This document shows positions 40,561 through 53,681 of a stretch of DNA of 64,000 nt, one piece after another. Each line of letters opens with the position of its first letter. The first letter of the stretch is position 1. The position numbers and the translations under genes are program-made. Source of the DNA: Octopus sinensis (taxonomy: Eukaryota); NCBI RefSeq assembly GCF_006345805.1, contig NW_021834004.1, positions 1 through 64,000 of the forward strand. The letters are read 5' to 3'. The notes under the pieces were generated by a model. It saw only the letters and a program-made list of their open reading frames with translations, made no database searches and was not told where the DNA came from.

Positions 40561-42092
40561 CATGTTATTATTCAGTTTATTTCTAGATTCCTTGCCAATA
40601 GAGAAAGAACCGGTTTCTAACCCAGATCCAAGGTTCCTTCATTGCAATTTCAAGATCAGCAACAGAGTATTTTTGTTTTTATGCATGCATGTATGTATGT
40701 ATGTATGTATGTATGTATGTATGTATGTATAAGTTAAGTTAAGTTAATTTTTTGGCTCAAAAAGCAAAAAGCAAGGCCATGTAGGGGGACATGGAGTTAT
40801 GTACAGGGAGGGTGTTCATGCAAAGAGTTCAAGCCATTTTTGTATGTATGTATGTATGTATGTATGTATGTGCAGATTTGCATGTTTTATGTATGTATTC
40901 TAAAGCATATAGTTGCATATCTAGCCACGCTCATATATATTTAAATGATAAACTTCTGGTAAGTTTACAGATTTTTACGGTTCCAGTGATGGATTGTATC
41001 TGTAATCTTCGAATTAGCTTTCTCTTTTCTGGTTTTGAGAAGCCTAATTTCTCAAGATTGGTATTTAGGCAGTGTGTTGCGTATCCCAGGGCCCCAATAA
41101 TTACAGGTATAAACCTGAACTTGTAATCTGTATAGTGTAACTGCAGATTTCTCACTAATTCAGCATAGGTGTTCTGTTTTTCACTGGACTTCAGCTTTAT
41201 GTTAACATCCGCTGGGCAGCTAATTTCCACAACTGTACGCAGTTTCTCTTCTCTATCCCGAATCATTATATCAGACCTGTTGTGCTTACATTTTATTGAG
41301 GTCTTCACCGGGACATTGCACCAGTATTCCTTTTTATCAGGAGTGGCTATGGCTTCTACCATATAGTGGGTTCTTATTTCTATGTCCTCAGGGTTATCTA
41401 CATCTTGTAGATGTCCTAACTACATCTTGTCTCATCGGTGGATAATGGCGTGATGACATTTTCGGATACCTGCTTATGATGTGGGTGATATCTTCAGTGT
41501 GAACTCCACAAAGTCTGCATCGGTTGTCACATTTTACTGCTTTTCCTGCATCTCTATCCCTTTTGTGCATCCAGTATTTATTTGGTTGAGGCGGCGAGCT
41601 GGCAGAAACGTTAGCGCGCCGGGCGAAATGCTTAGCGGTATTTCGTCTGCGTTACGTTTTGAGTTCAAATTCCGCCGAGGTCGACTTTGCCTTTCATCCT
41701 TTCGGGGTCGATAAATTAAGTACCAGTTGCGCACTGGGGTCGATGTAATCGACTTAATACCTATGTCTGTCCTTGTTTGTCCCCTCTGTGTTTAGCCCCT
41801 TGTGGGTAATAAAGAAATAGGTATTTATTTGGTTGATATTTCCTGTTCCTGATTGCAAACGCTTACCCTTTAGAGTGGGAGTTGGCTATTGGTCCATGAT
41901 GGACTGCTTTCATGATCGATGTTACTCTCATTTCAGAGCTTTCTACTAACATATCCATGCATAGTCTTCTCCTCATACAGGTTCATCCTTTCATCTGATG
42001 ATACATTGCGGCAGAGCCGTGCGACTTCTTTGGGCCTGTATTCTAGGTTATCAGACAAAGAGTGTTACTCAAGGAGCTGCCTTCCAAGTCTC
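40561..42092 (-). mobile_element. R4/Dong-clade (restriction-like endonuclease) retrotransposon, 5'-truncated and interrupted
   Basis: KTMHG, EQEIST, CRLCGVHTEDITHII (CCHC-like), HNRSDI...VVEISCP...EKQNTYAEL...IPVIIGALG. The 5' end abuts (CATA)n. Assigning 40561-40680 to the 3' UTR is inference. Confidence 0.85.
41590..41820 (+). mobile_element. SINE family C, full length, nested in the R4/Dong element
   Basis: 16-bp TSD GTATTTATTTGGTTGA (41574-41589 and 41821-41836). Confidence 0.95.
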
Positions 42093-42202
42093 ATGTATGT
42101 ATGTATGTATGTATGTATGTATGTATGTATGTATGTATGTATGTATGTATGTATGTATGTATGTATGTGTGTGTGTGTGTTGATATATGTGTGTCGTTGT
42201 CG

Positions 42203-42540
42203 TGGCACTCTGTCGGTTACGGCGACGAGGGTTCCAGTTGATCCGATCAACGGAACAGCATGTGGCTGAGCACTCCACAGACATGTGTTCCTTAACGTAG
42301 TTGTCGGGGAGATTCAGCGTGACACAGAGTGTGACAAGACCGGCCATTTGAAATACAAGTACAACACAAACAGGAAGAAAGAGTGAGAGAAAGTTGTTTT
42401 GAAAGAGTACCACCACTGTTGGAGCCACTTGGAACTTTAGGTGTTTTTGCTCAATAAACACTCACAATTCCCGATCTGGGAATCGAAACCGCGATCCTAC
42501 GATCGCGAGTCCATTGCCCTAACCACTGGCCATTGCGCCT
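42203..42540 (-). mobile_element. SINE family B, diverged
   Basis: Matches family B with small deletions. Confidence 0.85.
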
Positions 42541-42547
42541 TCATGTA

Positions 42548-42609
<62 letters not shown>

Positions 42610-42842
42610 TATATATATATATTATTATATATATATATATATATATATAATAATAATACAAATAAGAAAATGGAGGAATAGATTTCTTTCAATCATCAAC
42701 TTCCAGATAATACCAATTCATATAATTTATTAACTAATTATTTATATGAAATAGGAATATCCAAATCTAACAGAATAAGACAGAATAAAACAATATACAT
42801 CAATAAGTAAGATAATACCATAAAAATAATACATATAAATGG

Positions 42843-42955
42843 ATCTTACAGCTGTTTCAGTCGGTAGATAAGGGTCTCTCATTATGCCCATATTAGTCAG
42901 AGGTGTTGAGGTAATATGTAGTTAAAAATGAGTTACTTAAGGCCTCGTCAGAGAT
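42843..42955 (-). ncRNA. Minimal type I hammerhead-like motif with a long loop II
   Basis: Minus strand: ATCT-CTGACGA-GGCC...GACT-GAAAC-AGCT-GTA-AGAT. Intact core, 4-bp stem I, palindromic ACAGCTGT stem III. Confidence 0.5.
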
Positions 42956-43207
42956 TATAAAGTACAATTATGAAGATATAAAATGCAAATATAAATATTA
43001 AACAAGGTACAGATATACAAGAATATGCATATATACATATATACATATACATATAAGTGTATATACACCTAGAAATGATATCGCATAGTGGGTTACATTC
43101 ATAACCCCTATCTCACTTTGTGTATATATATATATATCCAGCACAATCTGGATTTTTGTTTATGGACGGTAGCAATATTGAACTAACAACCAATCTATAT
43201 ATATATA

Positions 43208-43630
43208 TCTATCTTAACATGGATGTCTTGTCAGAACGCCGAATACTGCGGTATTCGCCTTGAGAGATCCTCTTATTTATGCGCTCGGTGCATGAAAGCG
43301 CAGACATATTTTGCATACTGTTTCTGTCCCTACTGACCATATTTTGATAAGTCTGCTAGCTATTTGTGCCATCAGTGATTGAAAAGACACTGAAATTCTA
43401 TATTTTGTGGTAACGAAATTTGGCAGGTATGTGTTCACCGGACGCCTGCTTCTAAGAAGGTCCAGTAGACTGAAATCACATGACCTGACACGTCCGACGC
43501 CCAAAACAGTCGATTCTCGTCTTTTTCGATATGACCGTCCTTTTATGCGCCATGCGTCTATATGAGAGTACCTCTCCAGATTAATATCGCAGTATTCAAT
43601 ACCTAACAAGACATCCACGTTAAGCTGGAT

Positions 43631-43632
<2 letters not shown>
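43208..43632. mobile_element. MITE with ~100-bp imperfect terminal inverted repeats
   Basis: CTTAACATGGATGTCTTGTCAG...GAATACTGCG on the left pairs with CGCAGTATTC...AACAAGACATCCACGTTAAG on the right. Lies between (TA)n and (GATA)n. Confidence 0.75.
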
Positions 43633-43686
<54 letters not shown>

Positions 43687-43722
43687 ATAGATAGACAGAC
43701 AGACAAACAAATAGACAGGTAC

Positions 43723-43802
<80 letters not shown>

Positions 43803-44114
43803 GTATATATATATATATATATGGTCTTTCTCTCTTGTTTCCTTACTCTCTCTTCCTATGTCAGGCGCGCGGGCGCTTTCTCTTGAATGGAACCGGCTGT
43901 GGTCAAACGAAAATGGTTTGTTATGTACGCTGAAACCGCCAAATCATGTACTTTTGGTACTTCCTACCCATGGGGACAGCAGAAGGAAAGTTTGAAGAAA
44001 ATACGCGGAATAACATCGCAGCTTTTTGTTTCAGGGTACAAAGATATAAAGGGTACCTGAAATGTTGGGTGCGTCACGCACCTTAACTTCCGATTACTCT
44101 CTCCCTTTCTCTCT

Positions 44115-44199
<85 letters not shown>

Positions 44200-44822
44200 G
44201 CTCTCTCTCATATGTGTTGCTTGTTCGTTTGTGTATTCATATATACTTATAAAGATATCTATGTATTAATATATTGCATATATATACGCACCTACACTCG
44301 TATATACGTGTGTGTGTGTGTGTGTATCATATGTGTGTATGTATATGTGTGTATGGGTGTGTGTGTGTGTGTGTGTGTGTGTTTGTGCGTGTATGTGCGT
44401 GTGCGCGTTTGTGCGCGTGTGTATGTCTATATAACTTCTCGCTAAAACTTACCGCAGTATAACCAATCCATTTACTTAGATTTGTCTATCCATCAGGGGT
44501 CGTAAAAGCCCAGAATAATTATCTATATTATATATTATATATATATATATATATATTATAATATATATAATATATATATTATATATATATATATATATAT
44601 TTATAATATATATAATAAAGAAAACTTTACATTACCAAACCTTTAACCTATCCAAAGAAATAGCTTAGGGTTTACAAGACAGTTGATTCGTTTGTTTTTT
44701 GTCTAAGACAACCATCCCTTCTAAGTCTGCCTGATAAGAGGTAAATGGGCCAAAGTGTGAGTCAGGAATAATGGATAATAGCTATTGTTGAATGATAAAC
44801 TTGCTCCAACTACGTACGTGTA

Positions 44823-44866
<44 letters not shown>

Positions 44867-45249
44867 GATACATACATTCCTACATACACACACACATATA
44901 TATATACATACATACATGCATATATATATATGTGTGTGTGGTGTATGTATAATATATATATATATACACATATACATTCACGCATGCACCCACACACACA
45001 CAAACATATCAAAACTGTCCAGGTGCACATCCATGTTCTCTCGAGACGAACGGATGCTAGTCCCCATATATATACATACATGTGTGTGTCTGTATGTGCG
45101 TGTGCGTATGCTTAGATATAGATATATATATATATATACACCTACATACCTATTCGCGTGTGCGTATGCGCATTTGGTATGTTCGCGTTTATATATATAT
45201 TATATATATATATATATATCCCTGTTTACACGTGCGTTTTTTAACGTAG

Positions 45250-45318
<69 letters not shown>

Positions 45319-45734
45319 ACCATACACACATACAAACGTGTGTTGTGTGTGGTTATGTAAATATGTTTACCTCTTGTGTGACTTGCCCATTAATTACCTC
45401 CCCCTTTCTTTGTACTAATAACGCACGTCTTCCGCCTCTCTTCTAGCACCTCTCCCCACCTCTCTGTGTATCACTCTCTCTTTCTCTCTCTCTCTCTCTC
45501 TCGCTTTTCTCTTTTTCTCTTCGTCCTTATCTATCTCCTCCCCTCTTCTTCCTCTCTCTCTCCTTCTTTGACGGACAGTAAGTTCTTTGATTTAAGGAAT
45601 CAGTGCTTTTATTATTACAACCATTATAGGGTTTCCTGTTCTCTTTATCTTCTTCACTTCTTTCCATCCTTCTCTATTAATTCTTTATTACCTTCCACTT
45701 CGTCCTCCTCCTATTCCTACTCCTACTCAACAGT

Positions 45735-45844
45735 ATCATCATCATCATCAATATCATAATCGTCATCATCATCATCATCATCATCATCATCGTCATCATC
45801 ATCAATATCATAATCATCATCGTCATCATCATCATCAGCTGCAG

Positions 45845-45875
<31 letters not shown>

Positions 45876-45877
45876 AG

Positions 45878-45914
<37 letters not shown>

Positions 45915-46250
45915 TCCTTCTTCCTCTACTTCTTCTTCTTCATTTTAAAGTATGAAACTTGATTACGACTATTCCAGAGATGTTGAGGCTGATGATGATG
46001 GTGACGGCGAAGAGGATAACAGTGGAGGAGGAAGAGAGGGAGGAAAAGAAGAAGAAGAAGGAGAGGGAGGAGGAGAAGGAGGAGAAGAAGAAGAAGAAGA
46101 AGAAGAAGAAGAAGAAGAAGAAGAAGAGTATTGTGGCTGTAGTGGTATGGATGGATGGAATGATTGGATTGTGGTGGTGGTGGTGGTGGTGGTGGTGGTG
46201 GTAGTGGTGGTGGTGGTGGTGGTGGTGGTGGTGGTGGTGGTGGTGGTGAT
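45735..46250. repeat. Trinucleotide repeat cluster (CAT)n/(CAG)n/(GAA)n/(GGT)n
   Basis: Read directly from the sequence. Confidence 0.95.
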
Positions 46251-46689
46251 GGTTATGTACTGCATTGTTTATGTAAAGGAATCAGGTCGCAGAAACAACA
46301 GAGGTTAGGTTATTTTTAATCTTTACCTCCCGTCCGCCTGATAGTTACAGCTTTCAATAATCTCAGTGGGGCTTCACTGTACGTAGATAGGTAGGTAGGT
46401 AGGTAGTAATGGTTTCGTAGCGATGGACATGTCACTGGCGCCGTTTGTTTCATCGTTCTAATCTACGTATGTACATCCCTGAGCAAAGAAGCTATTGTGA
46501 GGAGAGATAAACTGTACTGAGTTATGTGCTGTGCGTGCGCGTGAGCGTGTGTGTGTGTGTGGTGTGTGTAGCGGTGTAGAGTGAGGTGTATGGGGGTGAG
46601 ATATTTTGACTTTAATCAAGTCATGAATGTTTCTTTGTTTCAGCTATACATAAAAAATAGTTTACAAATTGACGGGAAAATAACTAGCA

Positions 46690-46741
<52 letters not shown>

Positions 46742-46940
46742 TGTACATAGAAGGTGATACACGTATATATGTATGCACACACACACACACACATATGCAT
46801 GTATGTATGTGTAAACTATGATGTATGCATATACTTACATGAAATTATATAATTACATGTAATATACGTCTGTCCAAAATTATAGACAGCGTCAGTTGTG
46901 CTCTATGTATGTGTGTGTTGATATATATATGTGTGTGTGT

Positions 46941-47000
<60 letters not shown>

Positions 47001-47548
47001 ATATATAAATGTATATATATATACATACATATACATTCATACACACATACATATATATACATACATATAAATACATCTACACATCCCATATACCTGTGGG
47101 GATGTGTGTGTACGTGAGTGCGTGCGTGCGTGCGTGCGTGTGTGTGTGTGTGTTGTATGTGTGTGTGTATGTGGATATATATATATATATGTATGTATAT
47201 AAATGTATATATATATACATACATATACATTCATACGCTCACACATATATATACATACATATAAATACATCTACACATCCCATATACCTGTGGGGATGTG
47301 TGTGCATGTGCGTGCGTGTGTTAGTGTGTGTGTGTGTATGTGTGTGTGTGTGTGTGTGTGCGTGTGTGTGTGTAGTGCTATTTAGTTGGAGACGCGTAAA
47401 TGAAAATAAATTAAAATGTAGCAGAGTTGTCCCCGACATAAAAATTGATTTATTAACCTAATTACGAATGACTGGATTACGTTGAATTCGATGCAAACGT
47501 TCACTTGAAACGGAGAGCAACAATGAACTTTGCATAATGAACGAGATG

Positions 47549-48338
47549 AGCCCCTTTACCCCTTTCAGCTATTGGGCATGTTAAGGGCGCCACCTTGAAG
47601 ACTTTTAGCGGAACATGTCGACCCTAGTATTTATTTGGGCCTGGTACTTATTCCATTGGTGTCTCTTGCCGAATCGCTAAGTTACGAAGGCGCGGGCGAC
47701 AAACCAACACCTGTTGTCAATAGGTAGGGGGCAAACACGCCCAAGCAGAAAGTCACACACACACACAATTACACACACAATTACACACACAGAAGCAAAC
47801 AAACACAAACACGCATACACAGGCACAACGACACACATAGAAACACATACATACATACACAAATGCGCACACAAACACATACATACACACACACACACAT
47901 ACATACACACAAACACATACATACGTACACACACATACATACATACATACATACACACACACATACATACATACATACATACATACATACACGCACACGC
48001 ACACACACATACATACATATATACATACATACACACACACATACATACATACGTACGTACATACAATCATATATAACAGAGAAGTATAATCTAAAAAGAT
48101 TTTGGTACAGGCATTTCGTTTGCATCAAGCATATACACACGGCTTCTATAAAGGTACGGATTTATCTACTCCATTTCCTACACCTGCCTATTTATTTATG
48201 TATACGACGAGCTTCCCCACAGTTTTTTTTTTCCACCTGCCAAATTCACAAGCCACGAGTCGGCCCAGGAGACACAATTTCCCAGGAGGCATTGCAGGGT
48301 GACTAAACCTGGAACTTTCTTAACCAAATACGTGCGCC
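47549..48338 (-). mobile_element. Old SINE family A copy with expanded internal (CA)/(CATA) microsatellite
   Basis: Degenerate 3' half at 47549-47740 and head at 48200-48338. Confidence 0.65.
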
Positions 48339-50084
48339 TATAAGGCTGACCTCGACGGGATTTGATCTCAGGGCGTAAGGAATCGGAAGAAATGCTGTTA
48401 AGCATTTTGTACGGCAGGCTAACGATTCTGTTGGTTCACCACTCTATAGAAATTATTTCTAAAGTATATAATTAACTTTCTTTGCAGAATTATATTGGCC
48501 ATCATGTGCTGGTGTATAAAGTTAAATGAAATCAGGCGAAACATTTCTAGCGGAAAGTTTGCTAGGAAATGTATGTATACGTATGTAGGTATGTATGTGT
48601 ATATGTTTGTAGGTATGTGTGTGTGTATGTGTGTGTGTGTGTGTAGGTAGAAATAAATTGAATGGTATAATGAATAAACTCTCCAATCGGTCAAAACAGC
48701 TTCATATCATTCCCAAATTATCAAAAATCGAATATAAATGTGTGTGTGTGTGTGTGTGTGTGCGTGTAGTTATGTATGCGTATGTGTATGTAGATATGTA
48801 TGTGTGTAGGTATCTATGCGTATGTGTGTATGTAGATATGTGTATAAGTATGTGTGTGGGTGTAGATATGTATGTGTGTGTAGGTATGTATGTGTATGTG
48901 CAAGTATGTACGTGTATGTGCATGTATGTATGTATATGTGCGTTGATATGTGTATGTGTGTATGTATGTGTATATGTGTAGGTATGTATATGTGAGTAGG
49001 TATCTATGTGTATGTGGGTGTAGCTATGTATCTCTGTGTAGGTATCCATGCGTATGTGTGTACGTATGTATGTGTATATGTATGTGTGTGTAAGTATGTA
49101 TGTGTATGTGTGTGTAGGTAAGTATGTGTTTGTGTGTTGGCATGTATGTATGTGTGTGTAGGTATGTATGTGTATGTGTGTGTAAGTATGTATGTGTATG
49201 TGTGTGTAGGTAAGTATGTGTATGTGTGTTGGCATGTATGTATGTGTGGGTAGGTATGTATGCGTATGTGTATGTAGCTATGTATGTGTATGTGCACGTA
49301 GGCATGTATGTAGGTATGTACGTGTATGTGTGTGGAGGTATGTATGTGCATGTGTGTGTAGGTAAGTATGTGTATGTGTGTTGGCATGTATGTATGTGTG
49401 TGTAGGTATGTATGCGTATGTGTAAGTAGCTATGTATGTGTATGTGCACGTAGGCATGTATGTAGGTATGTACGTGTATGTGTGTGTAGGTATGTATGTG
49501 CATGTGTGTCTTCCCTGCCTGATAAGTGTTAAAAATATTATTTTGGTTGGCCTCCGGCTCGGTTAGCAGTGTTCTAAAGAAATTTTTCATCGGCTGCCTT
49601 GTTCTTTTTGACTTTTTTTGTGCATCCACTCAATCTTTAAATTTTAAGACAGACTTGTGTCGATAGGAATCAATAAATATCTGTAGTGTAAAGCTTTTGG
49701 AGCAACGGTCTTTCTTCTTTCTTCTAAAATTCAAATTCTGTCATATTTTCCATCTCGAGTGGATTGGGACATATCTTCTGATTGTAATAATACTAATATT
49801 AATGGATATAAATCTGAAAGTGTATTTTGGGTGTTATATCTGCAAACCCCTCATCAATGGTACCAGTGTATATTGATATCTTCCTCCTGTGTTTTCTTTA
49901 CCACACGGACATCACAAGAACAGCGGTCGTTTCACAACGTAGCGCCGTCTTTCTGGTTATTTTAGGAACCAAACTGATCAAATCGTAAAAACGTATGACA
50001 CAAAATGCTTTGCTGTATTTGTTCAAGCTCTCTGCACTCTAAGTTTAGATCCTGCCTTTCGTCCTTACGAGCTCTATAAAGTAC

Positions 50085-50318
50085 CTATTTCTTTACTACC
50101 CACAAGGGGCTAAACACAGAGGGGACAAACAAGGACAGACAAAGGGATTAAGTCGATTATATCGACCCCAGTGCGTAACTGGCACTTATTTAATCGACCC
50201 CGAAAGGATGAAAGGCAAAGTCGACCTCGGCGGAATTTGAACTCAGAACGTAGCGGCAGACGAAATACTGCTAAGCATTTCGCCCGGCGTGCTAACGATT
50301 CTGCCAGCTCGCCGCCTT
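50085..50318 (-). mobile_element. SINE family C, full length with TSD
   Basis: 16-bp TSD GAGCTCTATAAAGTAC (50069-50084 and 50319-50334). The insertion site resembles a decayed older family C copy. Confidence 0.95.
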
Positions 50319-50921
50319 GAGCTCTATAAAGTACTACCGGTTCAAACAGATTGCCGGAGTTCTTACAGCATCGGAGGGAGATGCTTTATGTTCTGAACTC
50401 TTAGATACTAAACTATTTGCCACCCAGTTCAACACCACCACCTGATCCCCAAGTGCCTTTACTCTGTTGCTAGTATTCTAGGCAGGCTTTCGGTTTGAGG
50501 ATGACATCTTCCCCTCGATCCTCTTGTCTCGGATGCTTCAGATACGCAATATGTCATGAACACTGCTCCCCCCCACTCCTCTCTTTTGTCTAGTGGAAAC
50601 CGGATGGAAGCCCATCAGAGAGAATCTACCTGTAACGCAAACCTCATTTCGCAGATTCTGCACAAAGATTATTATGTTAAAGGGTCGTACGGGCTGCGAA
50701 ATACTCATCCTCTTTTACACTAATTCTCATTATTCACTTGATCGAACAACTGAATATCCATCGGCAAAATCGACGGAGATCCATTTACTATATATATATA
50801 TCTGATAATGAATTTCTACATTATATCAAGCAAAAGTGTGGTGGTCATGGCTGGAACACTTGATAAATGATTTGCTAAATCATGGCTGACATGGAGCTAA
50901 GCAATAACGACGACGACGATC

Positions 50922-50954
<33 letters not shown>

Positions 50955-51041
50955 AGCAGCAGCAAAACTAGTTAATTTCTAGAATTAATGTTAGGCTGAA
51001 ATAATTTCCTTGTCTGAACACTAAAAGTATTGTTAATTACG

Positions 51042-51076
<35 letters not shown>

Positions 51077-51189
51077 CACCACTACTACTACTACTAGTAG
51101 TTGCTGCTGTCGGTGTAGTAGTAGTAGTAGTAGTGGTGGTGGTGGTGGTGGTGGTAGCAGTAGTGGTAGTAGTAGTAGTGGTGGTAGTA

Positions 51190-51226
<37 letters not shown>

Positions 51227-51716
51227 AGTAGTGGTGGTGGTGGTGGTGGTGGTGTGGTGGTGGTGCTAGGATTGCAGGGTGTTGTGGCGCTGATGATGGT
51301 TATGGTAATGTTGGTGGTTTCCGATAATGACAATGGTAATGGTACTGATGGTGATGATGATGATGATGATGCTGGTGGTGGAGAGGAAGATGGAAGTGGC
51401 GATTGGCGACGGATATGGTGTTGCTGATGTGTTTCGGCGATGATGATCGTGGAAATTGTGGTGAAGGTAGTAATGGAGTTGGTCATGGTAATGGGCTGTG
51501 GTGTTGCTGGAAGAGGTAGTGATGGTAATGCTGGTGATGTTGGATGCTGGGTGGTAGTGGCGCTGGTAGTGGTGGTAGTGGTAGCGGGGTGCTCTTTTCT
51601 TCTAATAGTGCTGGTCTGTTGATAAAATATACCAGAAGACCTCTGTGTTGTCGATGATGATGATGATGATGAGCTTCCCAGGCCATATATGGAACGACCT
51701 TCCGCGAATACAGTTT

Positions 51717-51756
<40 letters not shown>

Positions 51757-52083
51757 TCTTTCTCTCTCTCTTTCCCCTCTCTCTCTCTCTCTCTCTCGCG
51801 CGCGCTCTCCCTCTCTCTCTCTCTCTCTCTCTGTATGTGTGTGCGTGTGTGTGAGTGCCTGTTAGGTATGAGAGGGTGGGGATGGACAAACAAATGTGTA
51901 TTTAGAGATAAATAAAATGTTCTATATTCTATAAATAGAATGTTTTCTTTGATGGGTTGTTATTTAGCTCCGGGTCATTCCTGATAAGGAAACCTATGAT
52001 CAAAGGCCTTCTAGCCATGACCATCCTACCTCCATTATTGTCGGGCGGTATCTAGAACGCCAACCAGTATTTAATGTGAGCTT

Positions 52084-53130
52084 AAGGCGGCGAGTTGGCA
52101 GAATCGTTAGCATGCCGGACAAAATGCTTAACTGCATTTCTTTTGTCTTTACGTTCAAATCCCGCCGAAGTCGACTTTGCCGGATCTATTTTGTTTGGTT
52201 ACCAGCATTTCAAAATTTAGAGTTTATCGAAAAAAATTTTTAATTTGACTCGTTAATATATTTTTCCAAGCTGAATTGCTGGAATTAGCTCACTTTTACT
52301 AGAAAAATGATTTTTAAAAATTATAGAGTTTTAAAGTTTGATCATTTTCATTCACCCAGTCAGGAAACAGGATTTTGAAGCTGCCATTTTGTGCGTGACT
52401 GCACATTTTGTCAACATCCTGAAAATAGCAGGTATTGTCGAGAAAGTGTAAACAACACGTCTTTTATAGTTTTAGGTATTGTGATAGCACGAACTTAAAA
52501 GATTTATCCAAAAACGTTATTTAGGTGTTATTTTTAGCACACTTCGCGCTCACCTCAAAAGGCAACAAGAAACGATTAAACAAAACATATTTTTCAGTTT
52601 TAAGCATTCGATATGCGTTTAATGCGATAAGGTTTAGCACATTACAAATTAAATATTTTTAAAAAACAAACATTTTCTTGACTAGTTCATAACTTCACAT
52701 GCTCAATTGTCAACAGACAGGTAAAACAAGTGGTTTTCAATATTGTCAGCACGTGCTTTGATGCAGACAAACGAGTTCTCATGTTCTGCTTGTTACTATG
52801 GCAACAGGCATGAATATGTCTGTGGCTTACGATTGGCTAATATTACCTAAAATTCTCAAGCTTTAATTGCTAATAACTCTATTTATTGATTTATAGCGAA
52901 AATGATTTTCACGTCATCCATTAGCCAATAAAAATGCACCATTATAGTGAATATGAAATCAATCCGAACAGAAAATGATGCTGGCAGTCAAACCGAATAG
53001 ATCCACTTTGCCTTTCATCTTTTCGGAGTCGATAAAATAAGTACCATTTGATTACTGGGGGTCGATGTAATCGACTTATCCTCTGCCCCGAACTTGTTTG
53101 GCCATGAACAAAAATTTGAAAGCAATATTT
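52084..53130 (+). mobile_element. SINE family C split by a DNA transposon insertion
   Basis: The head runs to GACTTTGCC (52181). The SINE resumes ACTTTGCCTTTCATC at 53005 and ends in a third tail type. Confidence 0.85.
52182..53004. mobile_element. Non-autonomous TIR DNA transposon (Merlin- or MULE-like termini)
   Basis: ~27-bp TIRs GGATCTATTTTGTTTGGTTACCAGCAT and ATGCTGGCAGTCAAACCGAATAGATCC. 8-bp TSD ACTTTGCC (52174-52181 and 53005-53012). Confidence 0.9.
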
Positions 53131-53681
53131 AATGTGTGCTCTCTTCTTTCTAAAACGGCAGATTGCTATTTGTATCAGGTTGAACGACCACCATTTATTG
53201 TTTTTGTTGCTGTTGATTAAACCCTAGATCAACCCTGATGGAGATCTATGTTCACAAACGTAAATCCAACCATAGCTTCAATCTAGTAATTATTTTCTAA
53301 TGTGCATGGAAACCAGAATCACGTTATCCAGCATGTCCCTTTATAAGACGATAGAGTTTGATTTATGATAGATTTAATTGCTATTTCTAATAGAGATATT
53401 CACTGTAGACTAGCGTGATGAATAAGAAAGACTTTTCGCATATTGAAGTCATAGCAAACTGGTATCAACTGTGACTTATCTGTCTTGACTCCAAGCTCAG
53501 TTAAATAAATACCAGTTATGTAGGAAAAAAGATTTAATCCGCTGTACTCTTTGTGTTTACAGGTTGTTTATCAATATAAGGAAGTATTCTGATTTGTATT
53601 TCGAATCCAATAAACATGTGTTCCTCTGTTGCTACAATCTGCTTTTTTGTTTTTTCTGAAAATACTTCACTTACCTACCTA

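Noticed and set aside
43865-44060. Possible exon after a pyrimidine-rich acceptor, or an opposite-strand exon at 44056-43970
   Set aside because: Short frames with no recognisable product, and the pyrimidine tract is explained by (CT)n low complexity.
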